DNA of 61,548 bases from Coriobacteriia bacterium (GCA_031292615.1 JARLGT010000021.1:1-61548); one strand, 5' to 3'. Positions 37,676 to 48,187 are shown, counted from the stretch's first letter. Translations and numbers: made by a program. Notes: generated from the sequence alone by a model not told the origin.

Positions 37676-38311
37676 ATGATCGAGTACCTTCGAATCCCCA
37701 AGAACAAGTTCTGGGGTTGGGTTTTCTCTTCTCTAGCGATTGGGCTTCTCTTGGGTGCCGTGGGCGCGTACGCCATCGCGCGAGCATCCTCGTCTAAGCA
37801 GATCGACGACCTCAAGAAGCAGGTTGCGACTCAGACGTCGCAGGCCGCTTCATCGGCATCCGCGTTGCAGGCTCAGATCGACAGCCGCGACGCCTCGTTG
37901 ACCGCGCTCGCCGCCAAGAACACGGCACTGCAGCAGCAGGTCGACTCGGCCAAGAAGCCGTCGAGTGGCTCCTCTTCCTCCTCGTCATCCACATCGTCGA
38001 CGGTCACGCTTGAGGTGCTCTCGCGTTCGGTCAGCCCCTCCACCGTGGCGACCGGCGACAACATCACGCTCACCGCGAAGGTCCAGGGGCACCCCGACAA
38101 GGTCACGATGCGCATCTACAACAACACTATCGGCTACGACCAGTCGTTCACTCTCTCTCGCTACTCGCACACCTCGACAACGGAGACGTGGCGTCGGACG
38201 ACCAGCGCGCCCAAGAAGAAGGGCACGTACCGCTATTACGCGACCGCGTATCTCGGCGGGAAGAGCGCCACGATGCCCAACGGCAGCGCCGTAAGCTTCA
38301 AGGTCGAGTAG
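37676..38311 (+). CDS. membrane-anchored hypothetical protein
   Basis: An ATG at 37676 with GAGGGGG upstream. An N-terminal TM anchor is followed by coiled coil (DDLKKQVATQTSQ...LQQQVDSAKK), a poly-Ser linker and a C-terminal beta-rich domain. The track ORF starts earlier, at 37616. Confidence 0.5.
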   Translation: MIEYLRIPKNKFWGWVFSSLAIGLLLGAVGAYAIARASSSKQIDDLKKQVATQTSQAASSASALQAQIDSRDASLTALAAKNTALQQQVDSAKKPSSGSSSSSSSTSSTVTLEVLSRSVSPSTVATGDNITLTAKVQGHPDKVTMRIYNNTIGYDQSFTLSRYSHTSTTETWRRTTSAPKKKGTYRYYATAYLGGKSATMPNGSAVSFKVE

Positions 38312-38341
38312 TCGCGGGCACGCATTCGCTCAGTTCAGGCG

Positions 38342-39433
38342 CTAGAACGACTCCCCGCATGCGGCGCGTGCCGCAATCTCCCCAGCGGCGTACGCCGCCG
38401 CGAAGAATGCCGGGTCCTCGGCTGGGCCGCGTCTCATCGTCGTGACGGCGATACCGCGGAGATCCGGCGCCTCGTCGTACGGCGTGTACGCGTGGGCAGG
38501 ACGGTGGAGACCCCAGACTCCCGCACCAGCGAGACGAGCGGCGATCTGCTCGGCGAGTTCGGCGGGCAGCGCGGGTACGGCTACAAGCGCTGGTGCCAGA
38601 GCAATGCCGGTGAGCGCGGCTAGCGTGTGATGACTCACGACACGATGGCGCTGTCGCGCGTCGGCGAATGACACCCTCAACGCGGCGATCGGAGTGCCCC
38701 CAAGCGCCGCCACCGCGTTGATAGCCTCGCCCTGCGCCACTCCACCGTGCCCGAATGGCGTGGCCGTGCCCACAACCCCAGGTCCGATCGCGACGATCGC
38801 TACGTCGGCGCTCGCGACGTATTTGGCGGCCAGGAGTCCCGAGTGCAGGTTGACCGACTCGAACTCGCCCCCAAACGCCTGACCGCACGAGATCGTCGAG
38901 TCCAGCAAACCTGCTGAAACGCACGCCCGCACGACATCGGAGAGCGGGAGTGAGAGCGATGCAGAGTCGGTCATGCAATATGCGATACGAAGCGACGGGT
39001 CGAACGTCTTGATCGCGGCCGCCGCCAGCGGCACCTGGCTGTGCAAGCCGCAACACACCACGGGTAGGCCATCGAGGCCCGTGGCCTGCGACATTACCGA
39101 GTGGTGGGGGCTCTCGGGCGACTCCACCGATAGCACGTCACGCTGCATTGGCGTGTAGCGCAACTTCATGATGTGGCCGCCGCTGGGTTCGTCGAACGCG
39201 ACGCCTTCTATGCCATCGGCTCGAACGAGAACAAAATGGCGCCCGCCCGTCCCTAGACCGAGCCCGACGGCCGTCGTGTTGAGCAAGATGCGGTCGCCTT
39301 CGACGCACGCGCCACAGAGCGCCGGGTAGCAGATCGCCGAGCCAGGCTCCCCCACGTCGAGCGCAACGACCAGCAGCTGGAACCCGGTGGCTTCTTGCTC
39401 GACGGCCGTGACGGTACCCCAGACGAGGCGCAT
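38342..39433 (-). CDS. conserved hypothetical protein (possibly DUF3866 family)
   Basis: A 363-aa soluble protein with a Cys-rich N-terminus (CYPALCGACVEGD). It sits 6 nt downstream of the M20 peptidase gene. The family assignment is made from memory only. Confidence 0.5.
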   Translation of the reverse strand: MRLVWGTVTAVEQEATGFQLLVVALDVGEPGSAICYPALCGACVEGDRILLNTTAVGLGLGTGGRHFVLVRADGIEGVAFDEPSGGHIMKLRYTPMQRDVLSVESPESPHHSVMSQATGLDGLPVVCCGLHSQVPLAAAAIKTFDPSLRIAYCMTDSASLSLPLSDVVRACVSAGLLDSTISCGQAFGGEFESVNLHSGLLAAKYVASADVAIVAIGPGVVGTATPFGHGGVAQGEAINAVAALGGTPIAALRVSFADARQRHRVVSHHTLAALTGIALAPALVAVPALPAELAEQIAARLAGAGVWGLHRPAHAYTPYDEAPDLRGIAVTTMRRGPAEDPAFFAAAYAAGEIAARAACGESF

Positions 39434-39439
39434 GTCAGG

Positions 39440-40561
39440 CTAGCGCTCCTCGGCCATGCGTTCGGCAACGGCCACGCAGATGTGCGTCAGAGCGACAAGG
39501 TCGGCGACGGCGATCTGCTCGTGGACGCCGTGCACGCCCCTCATGCCGCACGCGAGCGCCAGCACGGGGATTCCCTTGCCCGCGAAGACGTTGGCGTCCG
39601 AGCCACCACCCGTGCGAAACGTTCGCGGCTCGATGCCCGCTGCGTGACAGCCGTCGGCGACCAGGGCAACAAGCGGCGAGTCGTCGGGATAGACGAAGCC
39701 TTCGTACTCGCGAGTCCATACGACATCGACGCTGCCACCAGCCTCGTCCGCGGCAGCGCGAAGGGCCGAGTCCATCTCGGCTTTGAGCGCCTCAACCACT
39801 GCGCGGTCCAGCGAGCGGCATTCGCCGGTGACGTCGCAGCGAGCGGCGATGACGTTGGTCGCCGTGCCGCCCCGAATCGTGCCGACGTTGGCCGTGGTCG
39901 CGTCGTCCAGCCTGCCGAGCCGCATGCGGCTGATAGCGTCGGTCACCATGAGGATGGCGCTTACGCCGCGCTCCGGCGCCACCCCCGCATGCGAGGCGCG
40001 CCCGAAGAACTCTGCGGCGAACGTGTAGTGCGTGGGCGCTGCGGTGACGATACCCCCCGGCGAGCCCTCCGCGTCGAGCACGAGACACAGGTCGCAGGCG
40101 GCATCGACCGCCGTGTAGTATTTGGCGCCGATAAGCCCGACCTCTTCTTGCACGCTGAACAGCGCCTTGAGCTTGGGGCGCGGACCACCGCTCTCAACCA
40201 GGCGTTCGATTGCTTCTAGCGCCGCGGCGAGTCCGGCCTTGTCGTCGGCGCCCAGCACCGTCTCGCTCTCGGCGACGACGATCCCGTCCTCCACGCGCGG
40301 CACGACGCCTCGGCATGGCTCGACGCAGTCGAGATGCGCCGAGAGGGCCAGGACGCCCGGGCCGGTACCGGGAAGCTCGGCGATCAGGTTGCCGGTGTCC
40401 GAGCCGGTCGCACTCGCGCTGTCGTCGAAGCGCACGGTGAATCCCAGCGAGCGCAACTTCTCGGCGCAGTAGGCGCCACACGCCGCCTCGAAACCCGTCG
40501 GGCTGTCGATCCGGACGAGGTCGAGGAAGGTCGACAGCAGGCGGTCGTCGCTCAAAGGCAC
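39440..40561 (-). CDS. M20/M42-family metallopeptidase (peptidase T-like)
   Basis: Metal-ligand motifs are present: HLDCV, GADDKAG and EEVGLIGA. Confidence 0.8.
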   Translation of the reverse strand: MPLSDDRLLSTFLDLVRIDSPTGFEAACGAYCAEKLRSLGFTVRFDDSASATGSDTGNLIAELPGTGPGVLALSAHLDCVEPCRGVVPRVEDGIVVAESETVLGADDKAGLAAALEAIERLVESGGPRPKLKALFSVQEEVGLIGAKYYTAVDAACDLCLVLDAEGSPGGIVTAAPTHYTFAAEFFGRASHAGVAPERGVSAILMVTDAISRMRLGRLDDATTANVGTIRGGTATNVIAARCDVTGECRSLDRAVVEALKAEMDSALRAAADEAGGSVDVVWTREYEGFVYPDDSPLVALVADGCHAAGIEPRTFRTGGGSDANVFAGKGIPVLALACGMRGVHGVHEQIAVADLVALTHICVAVAERMAEER

Positions 40562-40565
40562 TCCC

Positions 40566-42176
40566 CTAGCGAGCGTTCTTGAACGCTACGGCAGCGCCGA
40601 TGAAGTCGCGGAACAGCGGCGCCGGGCGAGTTGGGCGACTCTTGAACTCTGGATGCCCCTGATTGCCGACGAACCACGGGTGCTCCGGCAGTTCGATCAT
40701 CTCAACGAGCTTGCCGTCGGGAGACAAGCCGCTGATGACCATGCCAGCGTCCACCAGCTGCTCGCGGTACGCGTTGTTGACCTCGAAGCGGTGGCGGTGG
40801 CGCTCGTAGATCAGATCCTCGCCGTAAGCCGCGCGCCCCTTGGTGTCCGGGACGACCTTGCACGGATATGTGCCGAGCCGCATGCTACCGCCCATGTCCT
40901 CGACGTCCTGCTGGTCGAGCATCAGGTCGATGACGGGATGCTCGGTGACCGGGTCGAACTCGGCAGAGTTGGCGCCGGGAAGACCAGCAACGTGGCGAGC
41001 GAACTCGGCCACGGCCACCTGCATGCCGAGGCAGATCCCGAAATACGGCACGAGGTTCTCGCGGGCATAGCACGCCGCGCGGATCTTGCCCTCGATGCCG
41101 CGGATGCCAAAGCCACCTGGGACCAGAATGCCGTCCATCTCGGCGAGGATCTGGTCGACCTCCTCGGGAGTGAGCGACTCGGCGTCGATCCAGTGAGTGT
41201 TGACCTTGTGGTCGTGGAAGATACCAGCGTGGTCGAGCGCCTCGTTCACGGACAGGTAGGCGTCGGGGAGTTGCACGTACTTGCCTACCAGCGCGATGTT
41301 CAGCTCGTCGTGAAGCGACTCCGAGTGCGCCACAAACGCATCCCACTCGGTCATGTCAGGCTTGCCGCACTTCAGGCCCAAGCGGTCGATGACCATCTCG
41401 TCGAGGCCTTGCGCGGCCAAGTTGCGCGGCACCTCGTAGATGCTGCGCGCGTCGAGTGCCGAGATAACGGCGCCGGGATCGACGTCGCAGAACAGCCCGA
41501 TCTTGCGGCGTATGCCCACGTCGATGGGGCGATCGGAGCGACAGACGATGAAGTCGGGCTGAATACCGATGCTGCGCAGCTCCTTGACAGAGTGCTGCGT
41601 CGGCTTGGTCTTCAGCTCGCTGGAAGCGGCGATGTAGGGCACCAATGTGACGGGGATGTAGCACACGTTCTCGCGACCCTTGTCCTTTCTCATCTGGCGA
41701 ATGGCCTCGAGGAACGGCAGCGACTCGATGTCGCCGACCGTGCCACCTACCTCGGTGAGGATCACGTCGGGCTGCGTCTGCTCGGCGAGGCGGTTCATGC
41801 GGTCTTTGATCTCGTTGGTGACGTGAGGGATGACCTGCACGGTACCGCCGAGGAAGTCGCCGCGGCGCTCGCGGCCGATCAGTGTCTGGTATACGGAGCC
41901 GGCGGTGACGTTGCAGTCGCGCGTGAGCGACTCGTCGATGAAGCGCTCGTAGTGGCCCAGATCGAGGTCGGTCTCGGCGCCGTCGTCGGTCACGAAAACC
42001 TCGCCGTGCTGGAACGGGCTCATGGTGCCGGGGTCGACGTTGAGATACGGGTCGAGCTTCTGGATCGTTACCTTCAGTCCGCGCGCCTTGAGCAGTCGGC
42101 CGAGAGACGCAGCCGTGATGCCCTTGCCGAGTGAAGATACGACGCCACCGGTCACGAAGATGTGCTTGGTCGCCAT
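40566..42176 (-). CDS. pyrG: CTP synthase
   Basis: An N-terminal synthetase domain ([16 protein letters not shown]) is followed by a C-terminal glutamine amidotransferase domain (GICLGMQ, HPEF). Confidence 0.95.
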   Translation of the reverse strand: MATKHIFVTGGVVSSLGKGITAASLGRLLKARGLKVTIQKLDPYLNVDPGTMSPFQHGEVFVTDDGAETDLDLGHYERFIDESLTRDCNVTAGSVYQTLIGRERRGDFLGGTVQVIPHVTNEIKDRMNRLAEQTQPDVILTEVGGTVGDIESLPFLEAIRQMRKDKGRENVCYIPVTLVPYIAASSELKTKPTQHSVKELRSIGIQPDFIVCRSDRPIDVGIRRKIGLFCDVDPGAVISALDARSIYEVPRNLAAQGLDEMVIDRLGLKCGKPDMTEWDAFVAHSESLHDELNIALVGKYVQLPDAYLSVNEALDHAGIFHDHKVNTHWIDAESLTPEEVDQILAEMDGILVPGGFGIRGIEGKIRAACYARENLVPYFGICLGMQVAVAEFARHVAGLPGANSAEFDPVTEHPVIDLMLDQQDVEDMGGSMRLGTYPCKVVPDTKGRAAYGEDLIYERHRHRFEVNNAYREQLVDAGMVISGLSPDGKLVEMIELPEHPWFVGNQGHPEFKSRPTRPAPLFRDFIGAAVAFKNAR

Positions 42177-42234
42177 GGGTCTGGTTCCAGCTCCTAACTT
42201 TGGCCGACTTAAGTTCCTCCCCGACTGTTCGATT

Positions 42235-43230
42235 CTAGCCGTCGGAGGATTGGGATTGGGGACTTGTTTTCACGGAGTTGTGGGAGGCGGGGTCATCGGC
42301 GGGCAGGCGGCCGAGTCCGTCAAGGTACGAGAGCAGCGGGTTTGCCGAGATGACGCGCGAAAAGCTCCACTTTTCAGACGCGAGATTGAGAGCAAGAACG
42401 AGCGCCGCGAACGCGGCCAGACCCCAGACGGGCAGCGCCGCGACGACGAACAGCCCTGCGACGGCGCCCGCAGGGTTGGCTCCAGCGTCGCCGAGCATCG
42501 CGCGCTCACCCACGTCCTCGCGCCAGACGGCGACGACGGGCCCGAGCGCGAACAGCGCCAACATCGCAGCGCCGGCGGCGAGGCTGGTCGCAGGCAAAGG
42601 GCCGACTCCGGGAACGTTGGGCCACGCCGTCACCGCCCCGAGCACGCCGAAGATGGCGAGCACCGAGTAACTTTTGAGCGCGCGGCCGGGGCGAAGGTCG
42701 AGCAGGTTGAGCAGGTTCGACGTCAGCGCGATCGCCGCGCCCGCGAGCACGGTCAAACCCACTCGGGCCAGCAGCGAACCGCCCGCCGCGCGTCCCCACG
42801 GAGCGAAGCCAGAGACGATGCCCGCCACCACAAGCGAGGCGGCCGAGATGCCGAGCAGCTTGAGCATCCCGGTCGTGAGCCGCCCTTTGGCCAGCGCGCG
42901 CGTGTGGCCGCCGAAACCGCGATCGTCGGGCGAGCCCAAAGCGTCGTCGATCAGTCCGAGTGCAAAGACCGCGAGCGCGAGCGGGCCGGCGAGGATCAGT
43001 AGGCCGACCGGAGACGGCCCTGCCTGCGCTGAAGCCAGCAGCAGTGAGGCTGCCATGGCCCCTCCTGCCCACAGCACCCACACCACTCCGAGCCCGAGGT
43101 GCACCTCTCGGCCGCGGAAGTTGGTGCGCGGGGGTGAGGCGTCCAGCGAAGGGGCGAGCATGCGCATTCCGAGCCAGGGAACGCCGACTCCGAGCACCAG
43201 TCCAGTGGCTATCCAGGTCGCGGCGGTCAC
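42235..43230 (-). CDS. glycosyltransferase family 4, polyprenyl-phosphate sugar-1-phosphate transferase (WecA/TagO/MraY-like)
   Basis: A polytopic protein with LGLIDDALG (the DDxxG loop), a degenerate [11 protein letters not shown] (NxxNxxD) motif and [12 protein letters not shown] (the VFMGDAGS-like motif). Its start overlaps the stop of the upstream 767-aa gene. Confidence 0.6.
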   Translation of the reverse strand: MTAATWIATGLVLGVGVPWLGMRMLAPSLDASPPRTNFRGREVHLGLGVVWVLWAGGAMAASLLLASAQAGPSPVGLLILAGPLALAVFALGLIDDALGSPDDRGFGGHTRALAKGRLTTGMLKLLGISAASLVVAGIVSGFAPWGRAAGGSLLARVGLTVLAGAAIALTSNLLNLLDLRPGRALKSYSVLAIFGVLGAVTAWPNVPGVGPLPATSLAAGAAMLALFALGPVVAVWREDVGERAMLGDAGANPAGAVAGLFVVAALPVWGLAAFAALVLALNLASEKWSFSRVISANPLLSYLDGLGRLPADDPASHNSVKTSPQSQSSDG

Positions 43231-45530
43231 TGGGTGGGTTTCTCGGCGAGGATGGGGCGAAGCACGACTGCGATCAGCGCCGATCCGAGTGGCAGGATGA
43301 GGAACGCCGGCACGATGATGCCGCTGTCTTCAGTGAGATACGAGAGCACACACGCCACCGAGCACGCCCAGATCGCAGCGCGCAGGGCGGGGTTGTCCTC
43401 GAGCGCCGAGGCAAGCTCGGAGGGTCGGCGAAGCAGCATGATGGCGGCGAACGCAATCAGCGCGTAGAGCGCCCACGCCCACTCGGTCTCGCCTAGGACG
43501 CGCGCATTGGTCGAGGCCTTGCGGGCGACGAGCTGCCACAACTGCCCCACGCCCCCCTGCTGGGCGCTCGTGACCGAGCGGGCTAGGTGCGTCTTGGGGC
43601 CGTGCCCGAACACGTCGATCGCCGCAAATGCCGCGATGAGCAGCACGATGACTATCAGTGCGACGAGCACCATCTTCCAGGTGATCCGCCGCCCGTTCAT
43701 CAGCGCCCATGCCACCACGAAGCCTGCCGAACCCCAGACGGCAACACCCACGTTCGCGCCCAGGAACGGCGCCGCCGCCGAGACCACCACGAGAGCTCCA
43801 AGAAGTGGGAGCCCGATGCGACGAAGGGCGCCCGCCCAGCGGGCTTCATGCCAGCGATCGAGCAGTAGGGCAACTCCCACGATGGACGCGCCGACGATGT
43901 AAGCGGCGGGCTGATTGCCCATGCCGTAGTAGCGCGCCGACTGTAGTGGCGAGTAGCCGGTGAAGTTAATGAAGGATAGCGGCGCGCCAAAGAACTGGTC
44001 GGCCACGAGCAAGACGACCGCGAACAGCGACAGTGCCGCGGCGGCCGTGCGCAGACCGGCGAATCTCCAGACAGCCAGCCCCGCGGCGAGTAGCACGAGC
44101 GACGCAGCGAGGAGCATCGCGATCGCCGCAATCGGCGAGCCAACGTTGGGGCTCACCACGAACATCAGCCAACCCGCCGGCTCCACGGCGAGAAGCGCCA
44201 AGGCAACCACGCCGAGCGCAATCGCACAGACGCGCTGGGCGCGCGGCACGACGCGATCGCGAAGCGCGATGAAGAGCGCGGCGAACGCAAGTGCCGCGGC
44301 GAACAGCTTGATGTAGGTGTCAGCGACCTGTGATCTGACGCCGTCGATCGAGACCGCCGTTGTATTGAGCGCGACAAGATGCGCGATCCGCTCCTCGGCC
44401 GCCGCAGGCCCTTCGGCGCTGGTGAGCGAACTTCCAACAACTTGGACCGGGCGCGTGACGCCGGCGGCCTGCAGCGCACCCGCCGTGATGTCGAGGTTGG
44501 TGAGAATGCCCGCACGGTGGGTCGATGGCGAGTCCAAGTAGCCGTGCAGACCCATACCCGACACAAGCAGCGGGCCGAAGCCCTGAATGTTGCTCACCGG
44601 ATCGCTTGCAGGCGACTGTGCCGCGACCATCAACGTGTCGCCGGAGCGCGTGTGCGCCTGCGCGAGCGCGACCACTCGGTCGAGCTCAGTGACGGCTGCG
44701 GCGTGTTGCGCTGCGGCTACGTTGGGCGCGACCTGCCCGGCGTTTCGGCGAGCGCGATACGCATCCCCGGGATCGAGGGTGAGCAGCGCAGGCCCGCCGT
44801 GTGCCGTCGCGCTGGCGTCAAACGCGGCCAAAGCTCGTGCGAACGCCGAGACATCGGTCTTGACGCCGTAGGGTGCGGCGCTGGCTTGCTGCAGCAGGTC
44901 GGGAGAGACGTCGCCCGCGTCGACCAAGCCACGTTCGTCGATCGAGGCGACAGCGGCCGGTCGCTGCAGCCGAGGGCCGCCGCCAATCTGCTCGCCCGCG
45001 TCGGAGTTGCCAATCGCCCCGGTCACGCCGCCAGCGTCATGGATCGCCTGCCCGAGCGTACCGATCACCACGTCGGACTCCGGATCGGCGTTGGCCGCAA
45101 GCGTCATGGGCATACCCGGGAAGCAGATGATCGAGCCGCCAACGGCGTGGCCTGTAGTTCGTCTGAACACCTCGGCGGCCGACAGACCACCCACGCTCTC
45201 GGTGACGTTGTAGGCAGGAGGCGCTAAGAAGTTGGGCGTGGCCCAGTTACCTGCCGAGATGTCCAACGCACCCTCGAGCGCCGTGGGCGGCTCGCCGTTC
45301 TCGCGATTGCGCATGCGAGCGTTGACGTTGCCGATCGCGCCCGTCTCGGCGAGGTGCCAGAGTGTGGGTGTCGCCGTGGGAGTGATATCGGCCCAGGTGA
45401 GGCCGGTAGCTATGACAATCGTCACTCGCGGGGATGCTGGAGCGGCGGCGGCAACGGCAGCTCCGGACGTCGCCAGGCACAGCGCGACGAGCGCAGCGAC
45501 TGCGATAGCGATGGTCCACGCACGCTTCAT
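43227..45530 (-). CDS. large envelope protein (767 aa) with a secreted N-terminal domain and a C-terminal polytopic membrane domain
   Basis: A signal peptide is followed by a soluble domain of about 430 aa (RVTIVIATGLTWADITPTATPTLWHLAETGAIGN...) and then about 10-12 predicted TM helices. The codon usage is coherent. It is translationally coupled to the GT4 gene. Confidence 0.65.
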   Translation of the reverse strand: MKRAWTIAIAVAALVALCLATSGAAVAAAAPASPRVTIVIATGLTWADITPTATPTLWHLAETGAIGNVNARMRNRENGEPPTALEGALDISAGNWATPNFLAPPAYNVTESVGGLSAAEVFRRTTGHAVGGSIICFPGMPMTLAANADPESDVVIGTLGQAIHDAGGVTGAIGNSDAGEQIGGGPRLQRPAAVASIDERGLVDAGDVSPDLLQQASAAPYGVKTDVSAFARALAAFDASATAHGGPALLTLDPGDAYRARRNAGQVAPNVAAAQHAAAVTELDRVVALAQAHTRSGDTLMVAAQSPASDPVSNIQGFGPLLVSGMGLHGYLDSPSTHRAGILTNLDITAGALQAAGVTRPVQVVGSSLTSAEGPAAAEERIAHLVALNTTAVSIDGVRSQVADTYIKLFAAALAFAALFIALRDRVVPRAQRVCAIALGVVALALLAVEPAGWLMFVVSPNVGSPIAAIAMLLAASLVLLAAGLAVWRFAGLRTAAAALSLFAVVLLVADQFFGAPLSFINFTGYSPLQSARYYGMGNQPAAYIVGASIVGVALLLDRWHEARWAGALRRIGLPLLGALVVVSAAAPFLGANVGVAVWGSAGFVVAWALMNGRRITWKMVLVALIVIVLLIAAFAAIDVFGHGPKTHLARSVTSAQQGGVGQLWQLVARKASTNARVLGETEWAWALYALIAFAAIMLLRRPSELASALEDNPALRAAIWACSVACVLSYLTEDSGIIVPAFLILPLGSALIAVVLRPILAEKPTQ

Positions 45531-45719
45531 TCACTGTCTCCACGAACGGCTCTTGGACACGGCTGTGCCACGTCTCGCCGAGCGGTCTCGGCCCTGCTTC
45601 GGGGGGATTGGCAGTGCGGGTGCGTGAAGTCGCGACCCGGGCACCGTGCCCGTTCGAAGTATAACAGTCTTACAGTTGGGTTCCGCGGTGCCGCGGTGTC
45701 TAAGCCATTCGCTACACTG

Positions 45720-47420
45720 GTGCGAGCTAGGGTCGACATCCACGGCCCTTCGACACCGACCACGCCGAGGAAAGGCACATCCATCAGCAAACCCTCCATC
45801 GCGCGCTCGACTGCCCTGATGTCAACGCTGACACTGGTATCGCGCATCACCGGCTTGCTTCGCGCCTGGGCGATGGCGGTCGTGCTGGGCACCTACGTTC
45901 TGGGCGCCGCGTACTCGGTGTGCAACAACATCCCCAACATGATCTTCGAGTTCGTCGCGGGCGGAATCATCGCCTCGTTGTTCATCCCCACGTTCATGGA
46001 ACTGCGCGAGCAGAAGAGCGACGAGGAGGCGTGGCTGTTCACCAGCCACATCTTCAATCTCGCGGTGGTCAGCCTCGCCACGGTCGGCATCATCGGGACC
46101 GTGTTCCCGGCACCATTCGTCTGGACGCAGACGTTCTCTCTTTCACCCGCACAGGCAGCTGTCGTTGTACCGGTTGCGACCTATCTGTTCCGTTTCTTCG
46201 CGCTACAGGTCGTGCTCTACGGCGCCGGCTCCATTATCTCGGCGCTACTGAATTCGCAGCGCGAGTACTTCTGGCCAGCGGTCGGTCCGATCTTCAACAA
46301 CCTCGTGGCCATCGCCACGATGATCGCGTTCGCAGCAATGCACGGGCAGCTCACCGGTCCCGGTATGACGCAAGGCTGGGCACCGGCGGTCTTGGCAGGT
46401 GGAACCACGTTGGCGGTCGTCGTCATGTTCGCGGTGCAAATACCCGCGGTGCTCAAGACGGGCTGGCGTTGGTCTTGGGGGTTCGGGCTGAAGGACCCTG
46501 CGATCCGACGCCTGTTGCGTCTCGCGGTTCCCACCGTTCTCTACGTCGCCACGAACATGATCGCCGTGTCGGTTCGTAACTCCTCGGCGTTCGGCGCCAA
46601 TACCAACTTGGGTGGACCGGCAATTCTTACCTACGCGTGGATGTTCTACCAGCTCCCCTACGGCATCCTCGCCGTCGCGCTAGCCACAGCGGTGTTCACC
46701 GAACTCGCCGATGCGGCTGGCCGCCACGACGCCGGCGATTTCCGCTCGATCTTCTCGCGCGGCATGCGCGCCACCGGAGTTTTGATCCTTCCGACGTCGG
46801 CGATTCTCGTCGCGCTGGCAATTCCCTTGATGAGGCTGTTCCGCTTCGGCGCTTTTCGAACAAGCGATATCCCCGTGGTCGCAGGTGCCTTGCGCTGGTG
46901 GGCCGCCGGCCTGGTCTTTTACGCAGCGACGATGTTCCTGCTGCGCACGTACTACTCGCTCAAAGACACCTACACCCCGATGTGGGTCAACCTGATTCTC
47001 ACGTTCGCTGTGCAGATCCTGCTCTACCGAGTGCTCACAACGGGCATCGGCGCTTGGCATGGTCTGGGAATCGACGGCATCCCCATCGCCGACTCGGTCT
47101 TCTACCTCTGCATCTCGGTAGTGCTGGCCCTCATGCTGCGCAAGAAGATCGGCGGCTACGATGCTCGCGGCGTCGCCGTGACCTACCTCCGCATGGCGAT
47201 CGCCTCGATCGTGGGAGCCATCGTCGCGTGGGGCATAGCACAGCTGCTTACGACTTCCATGGGCGGCGGCGTCGGCTCGGCGCTGACTCAGATCGCCACC
47301 GGAGGCATCGTCGGCCTGCTGGTAGCGTTTGGGGTGGCACGGCTGCTCGGCGTCGCCGAGATCTCCATCGCCACCGACCTCGTGGCGCGAGTCGTCTCCC
47401 GCCGCACCGGCCGCTCATGA
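45720..47420 (+). CDS. murJ: lipid II flippase MurJ (MviN)
   Basis: ARSTALMSTLTLVSRITGLLRAWAMAVVLG... is a typical MurJ N-terminus in a 14-TM MOP-superfamily protein. The start is uncertain: in-frame GTG 45696, GTG 45720 or ATG 45819, with no clear RBS. Confidence 0.8.
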   Translation: MRARVDIHGPSTPTTPRKGTSISKPSIARSTALMSTLTLVSRITGLLRAWAMAVVLGTYVLGAAYSVCNNIPNMIFEFVAGGIIASLFIPTFMELREQKSDEEAWLFTSHIFNLAVVSLATVGIIGTVFPAPFVWTQTFSLSPAQAAVVVPVATYLFRFFALQVVLYGAGSIISALLNSQREYFWPAVGPIFNNLVAIATMIAFAAMHGQLTGPGMTQGWAPAVLAGGTTLAVVVMFAVQIPAVLKTGWRWSWGFGLKDPAIRRLLRLAVPTVLYVATNMIAVSVRNSSAFGANTNLGGPAILTYAWMFYQLPYGILAVALATAVFTELADAAGRHDAGDFRSIFSRGMRATGVLILPTSAILVALAIPLMRLFRFGAFRTSDIPVVAGALRWWAAGLVFYAATMFLLRTYYSLKDTYTPMWVNLILTFAVQILLYRVLTTGIGAWHGLGIDGIPIADSVFYLCISVVLALMLRKKIGGYDARGVAVTYLRMAIASIVGAIVAWGIAQLLTTSMGGGVGSALTQIATGGIVGLLVAFGVARLLGVAEISIATDLVARVVSRRTGRS

Positions 47421-48127
47421 CCGACATCGCGGTCCTGATTCCGGCGCACGACGAGGCGACTCGCATCGCCGCGACCGTCGCCGCCGCGGCCGCGATTCGC
47501 GGCGTGACACGCGTAGTGGTGGTCGACGACGGCAGCGAGGACGACACCGACCAGGTCGCCGAGAGGGCCGGCGCCAAGGTGGTGCGGCTCTACGGCAACC
47601 GCGGCAAGGGCACCGCGCTGGAGGCCGGCGCATCGCGGGTGGAGAACGCCGACATCATCCTGCTGCTCGACGGCGACCTTGGCTCGACCGCCGCTCAGGG
47701 AGAGGCGCTGCTCGCTCCCCTACTTGCCGGCGAGGCTGACATGTCCATCGCATGCTTCCCACGGGTCGAGAACGGCAGGGCGGGGTTCGGCATGGTAAAG
47801 AACCTTGCACGCTGGGGCATCCGTAAGCTCGGCGGGCCCTTCGAGGCAACGTCTCCCCTCTCAGGACAGCGCGCCCTGACTCGCGCGTGCTTCGCGACCG
47901 TGCGGCCGTTCTCGGCGGGCTATGGGGTCGAAGTTGGACTCACAATCCGTGCGCTGCGCGCCGGCTTCAAGTTGACCGAGGTCGAGACTACGATGGCTCA
48001 CGCAGCCACAGGCCGAGACCTCAAAGGGTTCGTCCATCGCGGACAGCAGTTCGTGCACGTCGCCATCGCGCTCGCGAAACTCGCGGGCGAAAAGACGCCG
48101 GTCAGGCGCACCGGCGGCGAGATCTAG
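47417..48127 (+). CDS. family 2 glycosyltransferase (polyprenyl-phosphate glycosyltransferase-like)
   Basis: AVLIPAHDEA...VVVVDDGSEDDT...LLLDGDLGS are the GT2 DxD-type motifs. Its ATG overlaps the murJ TGA stop (ATGA). Confidence 0.75.
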   Translation: MTDIAVLIPAHDEATRIAATVAAAAAIRGVTRVVVVDDGSEDDTDQVAERAGAKVVRLYGNRGKGTALEAGASRVENADIILLLDGDLGSTAAQGEALLAPLLAGEADMSIACFPRVENGRAGFGMVKNLARWGIRKLGGPFEATSPLSGQRALTRACFATVRPFSAGYGVEVGLTIRALRAGFKLTEVETTMAHAATGRDLKGFVHRGQQFVHVAIALAKLAGEKTPVRRTGGEI

Positions 48128-48187
48128 GGCATCTGGGCGCGGCGCCTCACGCGGCACGCATACCGTTCGCGCGCGTACGTTGCCTCC

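Noticed and set aside
45531-45719. Riboswitch-like element in the murJ 5' region
   Set aside because: Only short imperfect hairpins (CGGGCAC/GTGCCCG) are present, with no recognisable riboswitch core. The murJ start itself is uncertain, so part of this may be coding.
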